NCBI GenBank assembly: GCA_035411425.1
Contig: DAONSX010000001.1
Location: 1,678 to 65,677 of the forward strand
DNA length: 64,000 bases
Source: Bacteroidales bacterium
GTDB lineage: Bacteria; Bacteroidota; Bacteroidia; Bacteroidales; TTA-H9
Direction: 5' to 3'
Positions within the stretch are counted from its first letter, which is position 1, and each line of letters starts with the position of its first letter. The notes below the pieces were generated by a model. The model ran no database searches. It was not told the DNA's origin and saw nothing but the letters and a program-made list of their open reading frames with translations. Both the position numbers and the translations under genes were made by a program. This document shows positions 16,888-28,089 of the stretch, one piece after another.

Positions 16888-18531
16888 ATGAAAATCAAAA
16901 AGTTATTATTGATGAGCGTGGTGCTGCTGATTGTAGCAAGTAGCTGCCAAAGGAATCAGCCAAAACAAGATGAAACGAAGATGGCTGCTATGAAACAAAA
17001 AGTTGATGAATATGCTATTGTTCAATTAACCACTGATTTAGGTCAACTCACCGAAAAGGAAAGGCAGATACTTCCTTTGCTTTTTCAAGCCGCAGATATC
17101 ATGGACGAGCTTTATTGGTTACAAACCTATGGGAATAAGGAAGAATTATTGCCAGGGCTCGATTCATTAACCAGGCGTTTTGCCGAGATCAATTATGGGC
17201 CATGGGATAGGCTTAATAATAATGAGCCTTTCATAGATGGAGTTAGTCCGAAACCTTTAGGGGCAAATTTCTATCCCCAGGATATGACCACAGAAGAATT
17301 CGAAAAATTGGCTGATCCTTCAAAAACGAGTTTATATACGCTAATTCGACGTAACGCGAAAGGAGAATTGATTGTGATTCCTTATCGTGAGGCTTATAGT
17401 GACCAATTGACGAAAGCCTCGGCTTTACTGCTTGAGGCGGCTTCGTTAACCGAAGATTCTGGTTTGAAGAATTATTTACAACTCAGAGCTAAAGCACTAA
17501 CCACCGATCATTATTATGAAAGTGATTTGGCGTGGATGGACATGAAAAACAATCATATCGATTTTATTCTTGGACCCATCGAAAACTATGAAGATCAGTT
17601 ATTTGGATATAAAACTTCGTTTGAATCCTTCATACTGATAAAAGATCTGGAATGGACTAAGAATATCGAACATATCGTGACTTTATTGCCCAAACTTCAA
17701 AAATCTCTTTCCGTGCCTGAAGCCTATAAGGCTGAAACCCCTGCTTCATCTTCCGATCTGGGCGTTTACGATGCCATTTATTACGCTGGCGATTGTAATG
17801 CAGGAAGCAAGACCATAGCCATTAACCTCCCTAATGATCCTCAGATTCAGAAATTAAAGGGAAGTAGAAGACTGCAGCTAAAAAACACCATGCATGCCAA
17901 GTTCGATAAAATTTTATTACCCATTGCCACTTTGGTGCTCGATCCTTCCCAATTAAAATATGTCAGATTCGATGCTTTTTTCGAAAATGTCATGTTTCAC
18001 GAGATTGCTCATGGGCTCGGCGTTCACCAAACCATAAAAGGGAATGCCGATGTCAGGGAAACCTTGAAAGACACATACAGTGCACTTGAAGAAGCCAAGG
18101 CTGATATCACCGGTCTTCATTTGATAACTACCATGCATAACATGGGAGAAATGACCGACCGCGATCTGATGGAAAATTACGTTACTTTTCTTGCAGGGAT
18201 TTTTCGTAGTGTGAGGTTCGGTGCCTCGAGCGCCCATGGCAAAGCTAATATGATTCAATTCAACTATTTTCTTCAAAATGAAGCCATAAAAATGGATCCC
18301 TCTACGGGCACATATAAGATCGATCTCGAAAAAATGAAAAAAGCTGTCAGCGATCTTTCGGGTATGATCATTCAAATTCAGGGAGATGGGGATTATCGGA
18401 AAGCTCAGCAATTGATTGCCGATATGGGAAACATTCCTCCTAAAATGCAGACTTCGCTCGATAAGATTGCTCAAGCTGGCATACCAAAGGATGTCGTATT
18501 CGAGCAAGGATTGAAGGTGGTAGGGCTTTAA
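16888..18531 (+). CDS. Zn-dependent hydrolase/peptidase, DPP-III (M49)-like, lipoprotein
   Basis: Lipoprotein signal (LLIVASSC). HEIAHGLG and EEAKAD motifs are spaced as in the M49 HExxxH...EExxAD zinc site. Confidence 0.65.
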   Translation: MKIKKLLLMSVVLLIVASSCQRNQPKQDETKMAAMKQKVDEYAIVQLTTDLGQLTEKERQILPLLFQAADIMDELYWLQTYGNKEELLPGLDSLTRRFAEINYGPWDRLNNNEPFIDGVSPKPLGANFYPQDMTTEEFEKLADPSKTSLYTLIRRNAKGELIVIPYREAYSDQLTKASALLLEAASLTEDSGLKNYLQLRAKALTTDHYYESDLAWMDMKNNHIDFILGPIENYEDQLFGYKTSFESFILIKDLEWTKNIEHIVTLLPKLQKSLSVPEAYKAETPASSSDLGVYDAIYYAGDCNAGSKTIAINLPNDPQIQKLKGSRRLQLKNTMHAKFDKILLPIATLVLDPSQLKYVRFDAFFENVMFHEIAHGLGVHQTIKGNADVRETLKDTYSALEEAKADITGLHLITTMHNMGEMTDRDLMENYVTFLAGIFRSVRFGASSAHGKANMIQFNYFLQNEAIKMDPSTGTYKIDLEKMKKAVSDLSGMIIQIQGDGDYRKAQQLIADMGNIPPKMQTSLDKIAQAGIPKDVVFEQGLKVVGL

Positions 18532-18576
18532 TTTAAAATCATTCAAAACTATACGTTTGGATTTAGTAAAAAGGAT

Positions 18577-18584
18577 TAATTTTG
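18577..18584 (+). promoter_or_regulatory. Candidate -7 box TAATTTTG
   Basis: TAnnTTTG match 67 nt upstream of the ATG at 18651; it abuts the 14-bp hairpin. Confidence 0.35.
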
Positions 18585-18614
18585 CGGGTCGGAAAAGGAA
18601 CTTTTCCGACCCGC
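18584..18614 (+). terminator. Perfect 14-bp hairpin (probable terminator of the upstream gene, no strong U tract)
   Basis: GCGGGTCGGAAAAG-GAA-CTTTTCCGACCCGC, located 53 nt after the stop at 18531. Confidence 0.45.
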
Positions 18615-18650
18615 ATCTATTTATAATAAATCTTTAAACCTCACTAAATT

Positions 18651-18896
18651 ATGAATAATCAAGATATAGAAAAAAAAGTCCGTAATGTAATAGATCAGAT
18701 TCGTCCTTATCTGCAGCGCGATGGTGGTGATATAGAATTTCTAGACCTTACCGACGATATGCAGGTAAATGTAAAACTCGTTGGAGCTTGCGGCACCTGC
18801 CCTTTCAGTATCCTGACTCTGAAAAATGGAATTGAACAAGCTATGATAAAGGCAATCCCCGAAATCAAATCGGTCGAAGCCATCAATATAGAATAA
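18651..18896 (+). CDS. NifU-like Fe-S cluster assembly domain protein
   Basis: IRPYLQRDGGDIEF..VKLVGACGTCPFS motif (Nfu/NifU C-terminal domain); 81 aa. Confidence 0.85.
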   Translation: MNNQDIEKKVRNVIDQIRPYLQRDGGDIEFLDLTDDMQVNVKLVGACGTCPFSILTLKNGIEQAMIKAIPEIKSVEAINIE

Positions 18897-18951
18897 CAAA
18901 TAAAAAATTTTTTCTATCGAAAATCAGTGAATCATATAAAAATCCATTTCT

Positions 18952-19482
18952 ATGAAAAAAATTACATTCTGGGGTTTATCACTTATTCTTCTGATGCTGA
19001 TGAGTTGCAAACACGAAAAGGTATATAATCAAATCGTGAAAGATGAAACTACCGGTAAGGATATTTATGTAGGCTATGTAAATGTTGAAGGCTTGAAAAC
19101 CGAAATTTTCAAAGATTTCTATAATAATGGCTTGTATAACTACGAACCCAATGATTCATTAGTGCAAGCCCTGAAACCCTATTTGGATGATGTTACTTTC
19201 AGGGTCATCATGGGAACTTGGTGCACCGATACTCAGGAAGAAATTCCACGCCTTTTACATGTTCTTTATACAGCAGAGTATGATCCCTTGAATCCGGAAA
19301 AATTCGAAATGATTTGTGTTGACAGGAACAAAAAGGCTGGCAATATCAATGTGAAAAAGTACAATATCGAGAAGATTCCCACTATTATTTTGTATAAAAA
19401 TGGAAAAGAAATCGGGCGCATAGTCGAAAGATTTACCAAACGACCCGAAGCCGACTTGCTCGATATTGTAAAACAGAATTAA
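18952..19482 (+). CDS. Thioredoxin-fold lipoprotein
   Basis: Lipoprotein signal (LILLMLMSC). Thioredoxin-like region with GTWCTDT (single Cys, not CxxC) and IPTIILYKNGKEIGR. Confidence 0.5.
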   Translation: MKKITFWGLSLILLMLMSCKHEKVYNQIVKDETTGKDIYVGYVNVEGLKTEIFKDFYNNGLYNYEPNDSLVQALKPYLDDVTFRVIMGTWCTDTQEEIPRLLHVLYTAEYDPLNPEKFEMICVDRNKKAGNINVKKYNIEKIPTIILYKNGKEIGRIVERFTKRPEADLLDIVKQN

Positions 19483-19488
19483 ATTGAA

Positions 19489-20343
19489 ATGCAATTAGTT
19501 ACAACTCGGGCTGAAGCCACGCAGTTTTCTCTTTCTGAACAATCGTTGGGGAAAAAGGTAGGATTTGTCCCAACGATGGGCGCTTTGCACCAGGGACATT
19601 TGTCTCTGGTTCATCAATCGATTCGACAAAACGACAGCACAATCGTTAGCATTTTTGTAAATCCAATCCAATTTAATAATGCTGACGACCTCAAGAAATA
19701 TCCTCGTACGCTGGATAATGATCTCGAACTTCTTGAATCTGAGGGATGTAACATGGTTTTTGCACCTTCGGTCGAAGAAATGTATCCCCAAGTTCCGACC
19801 GAATCTTATTCGTTTGGATTGCTTGAACAAGTGATGGAAGGTTTTTATAGGCCAGGGCATTTTAATGGAGTTGCCATTGTAGTCAGGCGTTTATTCGATA
19901 TTCTTCGGCCTCATCGAGCTTATTTCGGAGAAAAGGATTATCAGCAACTGGTCATCATCCGAAAGATGGTCGAGCAATTTCAATTACCCGTCGAAACTAT
20001 AGGATGCCCCATCGTAAGAGAGCCCGATGGATTGGCCATGAGTTCGAGAAATCGGCACCTTGCGGCTTCCGAAAGGGCTCAGGCTTCATTTATATATCAA
20101 AATCTCGTTTTTGCTCAGGGAAATGCTGGCAAATTGACGGTCAAAGATTTAAAAAACGAAATCATCCGCCGGTTTCAGAATCACCCATCTTTCAGGCTCG
20201 AATATTTCGAATTTTCTGATTCATCGAGCCTTCAGCCTGTCGATGACTGGAATGATGCTGCTAACATCAGGGCATTTATTGCAGTTTATCTCGGTGAGGT
20301 TCGTCTAATTGACAATATTGTATTAAAAGAAACTCGAGTTTGA
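19489..20343 (+). CDS. panC: Pantoate--beta-alanine ligase
   Basis: VGFVPTMGALHQGHLSL, FVNPIQF and GEKDYQQ motifs; 284 aa. Confidence 0.92.
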   Translation: MQLVTTRAEATQFSLSEQSLGKKVGFVPTMGALHQGHLSLVHQSIRQNDSTIVSIFVNPIQFNNADDLKKYPRTLDNDLELLESEGCNMVFAPSVEEMYPQVPTESYSFGLLEQVMEGFYRPGHFNGVAIVVRRLFDILRPHRAYFGEKDYQQLVIIRKMVEQFQLPVETIGCPIVREPDGLAMSSRNRHLAASERAQASFIYQNLVFAQGNAGKLTVKDLKNEIIRRFQNHPSFRLEYFEFSDSSSLQPVDDWNDAANIRAFIAVYLGEVRLIDNIVLKETRV

Positions 20344-20401
20344 GTTGAATAGGGTTGAAAAACCTTAAAAGATCCAGAATTAAATTTTGCTTGTTAATCT
20401 T

Positions 20402-20752
20402 ATGATGATTGAAATATTGAAATCGAAAATCCATAGAGCTACGGTAACGGCTGCCGACTTGAACTATATTGGAAGCATTACCATTGATGAGGATTTGATG
20501 GATGCAGCCAATATTATCGAGAATGAAAGGGTTTTTATTTATAATATCAATAATGGCCAACGTTTCGAAACCTATGTAATAAAAGGGAAAAGAGGCAGTG
20601 GTGTAATAGCCATCAATGGTGCTGCTGCACGTATGGTAGCAGTGGGTGATCTGGTAATCATCGTTTCCTATGCGACTATAGATTTTGAAGAAGCAAAGAA
20701 TTTCAAACCTACCATTATTTTTCCTGGTAAGAATAATCAATTGAATTGGTAA
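20402..20752 (+). CDS. panD: Aspartate 1-decarboxylase
   Basis: [29 protein letters not shown] (processing-site GS). The track start at 20387 is an alternative codon; ATG 20402 fits the family N-terminus. Confidence 0.92.
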   Translation: MMIEILKSKIHRATVTAADLNYIGSITIDEDLMDAANIIENERVFIYNINNGQRFETYVIKGKRGSGVIAINGAAARMVAVGDLVIIVSYATIDFEEAKNFKPTIIFPGKNNQLNW

Positions 20753-21792
20753 TGAGGAAGAAATTACTGAACATTTTCCGTTTTCTGTTTTTCCTCAGTA
20801 TAGGGATTTTTTTTATCTGGATTTTCGTACGCAACCTTACTGCTCAGGAACGCAGCGAAATTATCGCTTCATTTCGTAGAGCCAATTACTTCTGGATTGC
20901 AATTTCTATTTGTATAGGATTAGCCAGTCATGCTTCGAGGGCTCGACGTTGGGTCATCCTGATGGAACCCATGGGATACAAGCCCAAATATTCCAACGTT
21001 TTAATGGCAGTCTTTGTGGGCTATTTTGCCAATCTGGCACTTCCTCGCTTGGGTGAACTCGGCCGTTGCGGTGTGCTGGCACGTTACGAAAAAATCCCTT
21101 TCAATAAATCGCTCGGCACAGTCATCACCGAACGAACCCTCGATCTGATCGTTTTTATTCTTTTGTTCATTCTAAACCTTGTTCTGCAAATCGACCTCAT
21201 TCGTCAGTATGTCAACGAAAAAATTTATACTCCATTGATGCATTCATTAGGATCGGTCGAAAACGTTGGTTTGTTGAAATGGGCTATTTTAGGCGCTTTT
21301 GTGCTTTTAATCGTTTTGCTGATTGTTTTTCGAAAAAAATTCTATCGTTTTAGATTTGTAAGAAAACTCAAGGATATGGGTAAAGGGGTATGGGATGGCA
21401 TTTGGTCTATCTTAAAATTAAACCGGCCTATCGAATTTATTTTTCATACTCTGTTTATCTGGGTAGCATATTTTTTTATGTCGTGGATAGTTTTTCTAAG
21501 CTTACCCGAAACTTCCGGTTTAGGCTTAGGTGCTGGTTTGGCAGTGCTGGTATTTGGTTCGATAGGTATTATTCTGGTACAGGGCGGCATAGGTGTATAT
21601 CCAGCTATCGTAGCCGAAACTCTGGTAATTTACGGCATCAGTTCCATTATTGGTTATGCCATGGGCTGGTTATTATGGGCAACGCAAACTATTATGCTCA
21701 TAATAGCTGGTTTATCATCATTGATTCTATTACCCGTTAAAAATAAAGTATCGTATGGATTTAGAATATTTAATACAGAAGAAAGTATTTGA
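20752..21792 (+). CDS. Flippase-like / lysylphosphatidylglycerol-synthase TM-region (UPF0104) family membrane protein
   Basis: Polytopic membrane protein with about 8 TM segments. Its ATG overlaps the panD stop (TAATG). Confidence 0.55.
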   Translation: MRKKLLNIFRFLFFLSIGIFFIWIFVRNLTAQERSEIIASFRRANYFWIAISICIGLASHASRARRWVILMEPMGYKPKYSNVLMAVFVGYFANLALPRLGELGRCGVLARYEKIPFNKSLGTVITERTLDLIVFILLFILNLVLQIDLIRQYVNEKIYTPLMHSLGSVENVGLLKWAILGAFVLLIVLLIVFRKKFYRFRFVRKLKDMGKGVWDGIWSILKLNRPIEFIFHTLFIWVAYFFMSWIVFLSLPETSGLGLGAGLAVLVFGSIGIILVQGGIGVYPAIVAETLVIYGISSIIGYAMGWLLWATQTIMLIIAGLSSLILLPVKNKVSYGFRIFNTEESI

Positions 21793-22255
21793 TGCTGACT
21801 CGATCGAGCTGCAGCGTCTATTAGCTTACTGGCGATTCAAGAACTTTAAGATCGTTTTTACTAATGGCTGTTTCGATCTGGTTCATCTGGGCCACATCGA
21901 TTATCTTATCCGGGCCGCCGATCTGGGAGATATTCTCGTTATTGGCCTCAACTCCAATGAAAGTGCCCGGCGTATTAAAGGCGAAGGCCGACCCATTATG
22001 GACCAGAAAAGCAGGTCATCGCTCTTGGCGAGTTTTATATTCGTCGATGCTGTAATTATTTTCGAGGAAGATACTCCTATCGAACTTATACGAACGATTC
22101 AACCCGATATTCTGGTAAAAGGAGCCGACTATAAACCCGAAAAAATTATTGGTTCCGACATAGTTACCGAAAATGGCGGTGAAGTGGTTACGCTTCCTCT
22201 TGTCGAAGGATATTCTACCAGCTTGATCGAGCAAAAGATTCGACAAAGCTCCTGA
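21755..22255 (+). CDS. D-glycero-beta-D-manno-heptose 1-phosphate adenylyltransferase (RfaE domain II-like cytidylyltransferase)
   Basis: FTNGCFDLVHLGHIDYL nucleotidyltransferase motif; 166 aa. Confidence 0.8.
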   Translation: MDLEYLIQKKVFDADSIELQRLLAYWRFKNFKIVFTNGCFDLVHLGHIDYLIRAADLGDILVIGLNSNESARRIKGEGRPIMDQKSRSSLLASFIFVDAVIIFEEDTPIELIRTIQPDILVKGADYKPEKIIGSDIVTENGGEVVTLPLVEGYSTSLIEQKIRQSS

Positions 22256-22295
22256 ATTTTTTGTAATTTCGGTGGCAGATCGCCATAGGGCTGTT

Positions 22296-23648
22296 ATGAG
22301 AATCAAAAGTGCATTTTTTTGCAGCAATTGTGGAACGGAATCTCCGAAATGGCTCGGGCGCTGCCCGGTTTGTGGAGAATGGAATACTTATGTGGAGGAA
22401 GTGATACATCGGCATAGTGATTCAATCGAAAAAAAATCTTCTTCTCATGGGGCAATTCATATCGACTCTATTCAAAATATCGAGCAGCCAAGAATTCCGA
22501 CACATTACCCCGAATTCGACAGGGTATTAGGTGGAGGTTTCGTCCCTGGTTCAATTATCCTCATTGGAGGTGAACCTGGCATTGGTAAATCTACATTGTT
22601 GCTGCAAGTCGCACTCGACATGAAACAATATAAAATCATGTACGTATCGGGTGAGGAATCGGAGCTTCAATTGCATATACGTGCCGAACGGCTTCAGAAA
22701 AATGGTTCGCAATGTTACATTTTTACCGATTCAGACTTGGAAGAGGTTTTTCACCAAGCGGAACAACTTCAACCCGAAATCCTCATCATAGATTCTATTC
22801 AAACCCTACAAACCGATGTAATCGACAGCCCAGCAGGCAGTATTTCGCAGGTGCGTGAATGCACAGCCCAATTACAGAAATATGCCAAAACCACCAATGT
22901 TCCAGTGGTATTGATTGGTCATATTACAAAGGATGGAGCACTTGCAGGACCTAAGGTTCTGGAACATATTGTAGATACGGTTTTACAATTCGAAGGCGAC
23001 CGCAATCATGGCTATCGCATTTTACGAACCATGAAAAATCGTTTTGGCTCGACCAATGAACTGGGAATTTTCGAGATGAATGCTAATGGACTTCGCCAGA
23101 TCATCAATCCAGCCGAACTGCTTATTTCTCAGCATCCTGACGATATTTCAGGGATTGCTGTCGCTACCATCATCGAAGGATCAAGACCTATGTTAGCCGA
23201 AGTTCAGGCACTCGTGGCTACTTCGACTTTTGGTGTTCCACAGCGTTCATCGACCGGATTCGATTATCGCCGTATGAACATGATATTGGCAGTTCTTGAG
23301 AAACGTCTTGGATTTAGGTTTTCGAACAAGGATGTCTTTTTAAATGTAGCCGGAGGCATCCGCCTCGACGATACAGCCGCCGACCTTGCTATAGCCGCCG
23401 CCTTGCTTTCCTCTTCCGAAGATATTCCCTTGCCCATTCATTTATGCTTTGCTGCCGAAATGGGCCTTTCAGGCGAAATCAGACCCGTTACACGACTCGA
23501 TGCCAGAATTGCAGAGGCTCAAAAAGCTGGCTTCAAAAAAATGATCATCTCCCGCTTTGCCTTGAAAAATTCTTACGATAAAAATAAAGAAATAGAAATT
23601 ATTACAGTGGATAGAATGGATGAAATGATTCGGTATATTTTTGGATGA
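22296..23648 (+). CDS. radA: DNA repair protein RadA
   Basis: Zinc ribbon FFCSNCGTESPKWLGRCPVCGEWN, Walker A GGEPGIGKST, KNRFG motif and Lon-like C-terminal domain. ATG 22296 is preferred over the track's GTG 22272. Confidence 0.92.
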   Translation: MRIKSAFFCSNCGTESPKWLGRCPVCGEWNTYVEEVIHRHSDSIEKKSSSHGAIHIDSIQNIEQPRIPTHYPEFDRVLGGGFVPGSIILIGGEPGIGKSTLLLQVALDMKQYKIMYVSGEESELQLHIRAERLQKNGSQCYIFTDSDLEEVFHQAEQLQPEILIIDSIQTLQTDVIDSPAGSISQVRECTAQLQKYAKTTNVPVVLIGHITKDGALAGPKVLEHIVDTVLQFEGDRNHGYRILRTMKNRFGSTNELGIFEMNANGLRQIINPAELLISQHPDDISGIAVATIIEGSRPMLAEVQALVATSTFGVPQRSSTGFDYRRMNMILAVLEKRLGFRFSNKDVFLNVAGGIRLDDTAADLAIAAALLSSSEDIPLPIHLCFAAEMGLSGEIRPVTRLDARIAEAQKAGFKKMIISRFALKNSYDKNKEIEIITVDRMDEMIRYIFG

Positions 23649-23673
23649 TGGTAGTTTTACAAGGGGGAAAATT

Positions 23674-25938
23674 ATGCAAACCGAAAAACTCTTATTGATA
23701 GGATACGATGTTCAGGCCGAACGGAAAGAAATACTGAAACGCTACAAGCGTCTTTTGACTGCTTTCCATCTTAAACCTGAACAAGCAAAAGAAGATCTTG
23801 CCCTCATCAGAAAAGCCTTCGAAGTGGCGCTGGATGCCCATAAGGACATGAGGCGGAAAAGTGGCGAGCCTTATATTTATCATCCCTTGGAAGTTGCCCG
23901 CATTTGTGCCGAAGAAATCGGACTGGGAGCTACTTCTATTGCTGCTGCCTTGCTCCACGACGTTGTGGAAGACCGCTCCGACCTATATTCCGTTGAAGAT
24001 ATCCATCGACTCTTCGGAGATAAAATAGCTCGCATCTGCGAAGGTTTAACCAAAATCAAGGAAATTTTCGATCACACCCAACCTTCCGACCAAGCCGAAC
24101 ATTATCGCAAACTTCTGCTTACTCTTTCCGATGATGTAAGAGTAATCCTCATCAAATTGGCCGACCGGCTTCATAATATGCGCACCCTTCAATATATGCG
24201 GCCTGAAAAACAATTGAAGATTGCTGCCGAAACCACTTACCTCTTTGCACCATTGGCTCATCGACTAGGCCTTTACAGCATTAAGAGCGAAATGGAAGAC
24301 CTCGCCCTCAAATTTACCGAACCCGAAATATATAAAGAAATTTCACGACGCATGGCCGAATCCGACCCCGTCCGAGCCAACTTCGCCGAAGAATTTATCA
24401 AACCCATCGAAAAAGACCTCAAAGAAAAAGGGTTCAGATATAGAATCATGAGACGAAACAAATCAGTCTATTCTATCTGGACCAAGATGAAAAAAAAACA
24501 TATCCCCTTCGATGAAGTTTACGATGTATTCGCCATACGCATTATTCTGGATGTGCCCATTAATGACGAAAGATCTGCATGCTGGCAGGCTTATTCCATT
24601 GTTACTTCTCATTACCGTCCGAAACCCGACCGTTTGAGAGACTGGATTTCCATTCCACGCGCCAATGGCTATCAAGCATTGCATACAACAGTGATGAGCA
24701 AAGAGGGCAAATGGGTCGAAGTACAGATTCGTAGCGAACGTATGGACGAAATTGCTGAAAAAGGATATGCCGCACATTGGAAATATAAAGGACAGTATTA
24801 CGATGATAAGAACATCGACAATTGGCTCGATCGTATACGTGATATGCTTCAAAATGGAGAAGCAGGAGCTCTTGATTTTCTCGAAGATGTGCAAGGTTAC
24901 CTTTTTTCGAGCGAAATCTTCGTGTTCAAATTGGATGGAGAACTTCGTATTTTGCCCGCCGGCAGCACCGTCCTTGACTTTGCATATGCAATCAATCCCG
25001 ATGAGGGAAACCATTGCATAGGGGCCAATGTAAATCATAAACTCCAGAACCGTTTTTATGAGCTAAAGAGTGGCGACCAAATCGAGATTTTGACTTCGAA
25101 AATTCAGGAACCATCGGAAGATTGGTTAGACCACGTAAAGACTTCAAGGGCAAAAACAAGAATTCGGGAATATATCCGAGAAAAAAAGAAAAAATTTTAT
25201 AACGTGGGCGAACAAAAAGTCCTCCAAATATTTAACAAACTCAATATCCCTTTTACAGATGAAAAATTGAACGAATTACTGCAAAAAACCAACCGGGCAA
25301 ATACACTCGATCTTTATTATGATGTCGCCCAGGGAATACTCGATCCCAAGTATATTTCGTCTATCATGGCACCCCCCAGTCGTAGCTGGTTCTCTCTTAA
25401 CCCGTTTCATCGCAGCAAACACAATCCCAATAGCTCCTTGTCGTTTGAAATCATTCATCACTTACGTAAAAATTCCGAACTTCAACTTCTCGACAGTAAT
25501 CTCGATCAAGTTAAATATATTGTGGCAGATTGCTGTAAACCAATCCCTGGCGACGATGTCATCGGTTATATCGACCATCATCAGGGCGTAGTGATCCACA
25601 GAGCACAATGCATCGAGGCTGTCCATTTGATGTCGACATTTAGCCATAACGTGGTGAAAGTAAAATGGACAGAAGAATTGAACCTTTCGGTGATGACAGG
25701 CATTAAGCTCGATGCCATCGATCGGAAAGGCCTTTTACATGAATTATCTGAACTTATTTCCAACGAAATGGATATCAATATTAAATCAATTCACTTTGAA
25801 AGCGATAATGGAGTTTCGGAGGGTATCTTCTTTCTGTATGTTGTGAATGTAGATCAACTCAATAATTTAATAAATAAATTGAAAAAGGTTAATGCAGTTC
25901 AAAGCGTTACACGAATCGACAATTATTCACCTTTATAG
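23674..25938 (+). CDS. Bifunctional (p)ppGpp synthetase/hydrolase, RelA/SpoT (long RSH) family
   Basis: HD hydrolase region (RKSGEPYIYHPLEVA..LLHDVVED), synthetase region (YRPKPDRLRDWISIPRANGYQALHTTV), TGS and ACT-like C-terminus. ATG 23674 is preferred over TTG 23641. Confidence 0.9.
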   Translation: MQTEKLLLIGYDVQAERKEILKRYKRLLTAFHLKPEQAKEDLALIRKAFEVALDAHKDMRRKSGEPYIYHPLEVARICAEEIGLGATSIAAALLHDVVEDRSDLYSVEDIHRLFGDKIARICEGLTKIKEIFDHTQPSDQAEHYRKLLLTLSDDVRVILIKLADRLHNMRTLQYMRPEKQLKIAAETTYLFAPLAHRLGLYSIKSEMEDLALKFTEPEIYKEISRRMAESDPVRANFAEEFIKPIEKDLKEKGFRYRIMRRNKSVYSIWTKMKKKHIPFDEVYDVFAIRIILDVPINDERSACWQAYSIVTSHYRPKPDRLRDWISIPRANGYQALHTTVMSKEGKWVEVQIRSERMDEIAEKGYAAHWKYKGQYYDDKNIDNWLDRIRDMLQNGEAGALDFLEDVQGYLFSSEIFVFKLDGELRILPAGSTVLDFAYAINPDEGNHCIGANVNHKLQNRFYELKSGDQIEILTSKIQEPSEDWLDHVKTSRAKTRIREYIREKKKKFYNVGEQKVLQIFNKLNIPFTDEKLNELLQKTNRANTLDLYYDVAQGILDPKYISSIMAPPSRSWFSLNPFHRSKHNPNSSLSFEIIHHLRKNSELQLLDSNLDQVKYIVADCCKPIPGDDVIGYIDHHQGVVIHRAQCIEAVHLMSTFSHNVVKVKWTEELNLSVMTGIKLDAIDRKGLLHELSELISNEMDINIKSIHFESDNGVSEGIFFLYVVNVDQLNNLINKLKKVNAVQSVTRIDNYSPL

Positions 25939-25989
25939 TCAATCTGAACCAGGATGAAAATTATTTAAAATTAGTTTTAATAAAAATAG

Positions 25990-25997
25990 TAACTTTG
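25990..25997 (+). promoter_or_regulatory. Candidate -7 box TAACTTTG
   Basis: TAnnTTTG match 61 nt upstream of the ATG at 26058. Confidence 0.35.
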
Positions 25998-26057
25998 GTT
26001 TTTTAATGAATTTGTAATTGATTAAGATAGAACATCCATTGTAATATTTATCGGGTT

Positions 26058-26525
26058 ATGAATCAAAAGAATGCTAATAAAGCCACTTTAGAAACAGTTC
26101 AGAATTTCTTTGCGGAATATTTACAGCAGAAAGGACATCGAAGGACTCCCGAACGTTTTGCCATTTTGAGGGAAATTTATTTAACCGATGGTCATTTCGA
26201 CATAGAATCGCTCTATCTGCACATGAAGCGGAATAAATATCAAGTTAGCCGTGCAACTCTCTATAATACAATGGATTTATTACTCGATTGCGGCCTGGTT
26301 TCGAAGCATCAATTTGGCTCTGCTTCTGCAGTATATGAAAAATCCTTCAAATTTCAGCAGCATGACCATGTAATTTGCTATCAAGACGGCGAGGTGAAAG
26401 AAGTACTCGAGTTTTGCGACCCTCGTATCATCGAAATTCAGAAAGACGTTGAGCGTCTATTAGACGTTGAAATTGATGGACATTCCCTTATTTTTTTCGG
26501 AAAACGCAAACAAGCAGAAAACTAA
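26058..26525 (+). CDS. Fur family transcriptional regulator
   Basis: 155 aa with a winged-helix N-terminal domain ([26 protein letters not shown]) and a C-terminal dimerisation domain with HDH. The metal specificity (Fur/Zur/PerR) is not resolved. Confidence 0.8.
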   Translation: MNQKNANKATLETVQNFFAEYLQQKGHRRTPERFAILREIYLTDGHFDIESLYLHMKRNKYQVSRATLYNTMDLLLDCGLVSKHQFGSASAVYEKSFKFQQHDHVICYQDGEVKEVLEFCDPRIIEIQKDVERLLDVEIDGHSLIFFGKRKQAEN

Positions 26526-26538
26526 TCTTAACTTTTCT

Positions 26539-26546
26539 TATTTTTG
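26539..26546 (+). promoter_or_regulatory. Candidate -7 box TATTTTTG
   Basis: TAnnTTTG match 165 nt upstream of the purA ATG; the long leader makes assignment uncertain. Confidence 0.25.
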
Positions 26547-26566
26547 TGAGTATTGTTGCGGGATGA

Positions 26567-28009
<1,443 letters not shown>

Positions 28010-28026
28010 TTGGAATGTCGGTTAAA

Positions 28027-28066
28027 GAAAAAATGCTCCTGACTGTTTTACCGGGAGCATTTTTTT
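28027..28066. terminator. Bidirectional intrinsic terminator between convergent purA and infB
   Basis: A-run, stem ATGCTCC/GGAGCAT (28033-28039 / 28054-28060), then T6. Confidence 0.65.
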
Positions 28067-28089
28067 GTTTATCGGAGGACAAGGTTTTT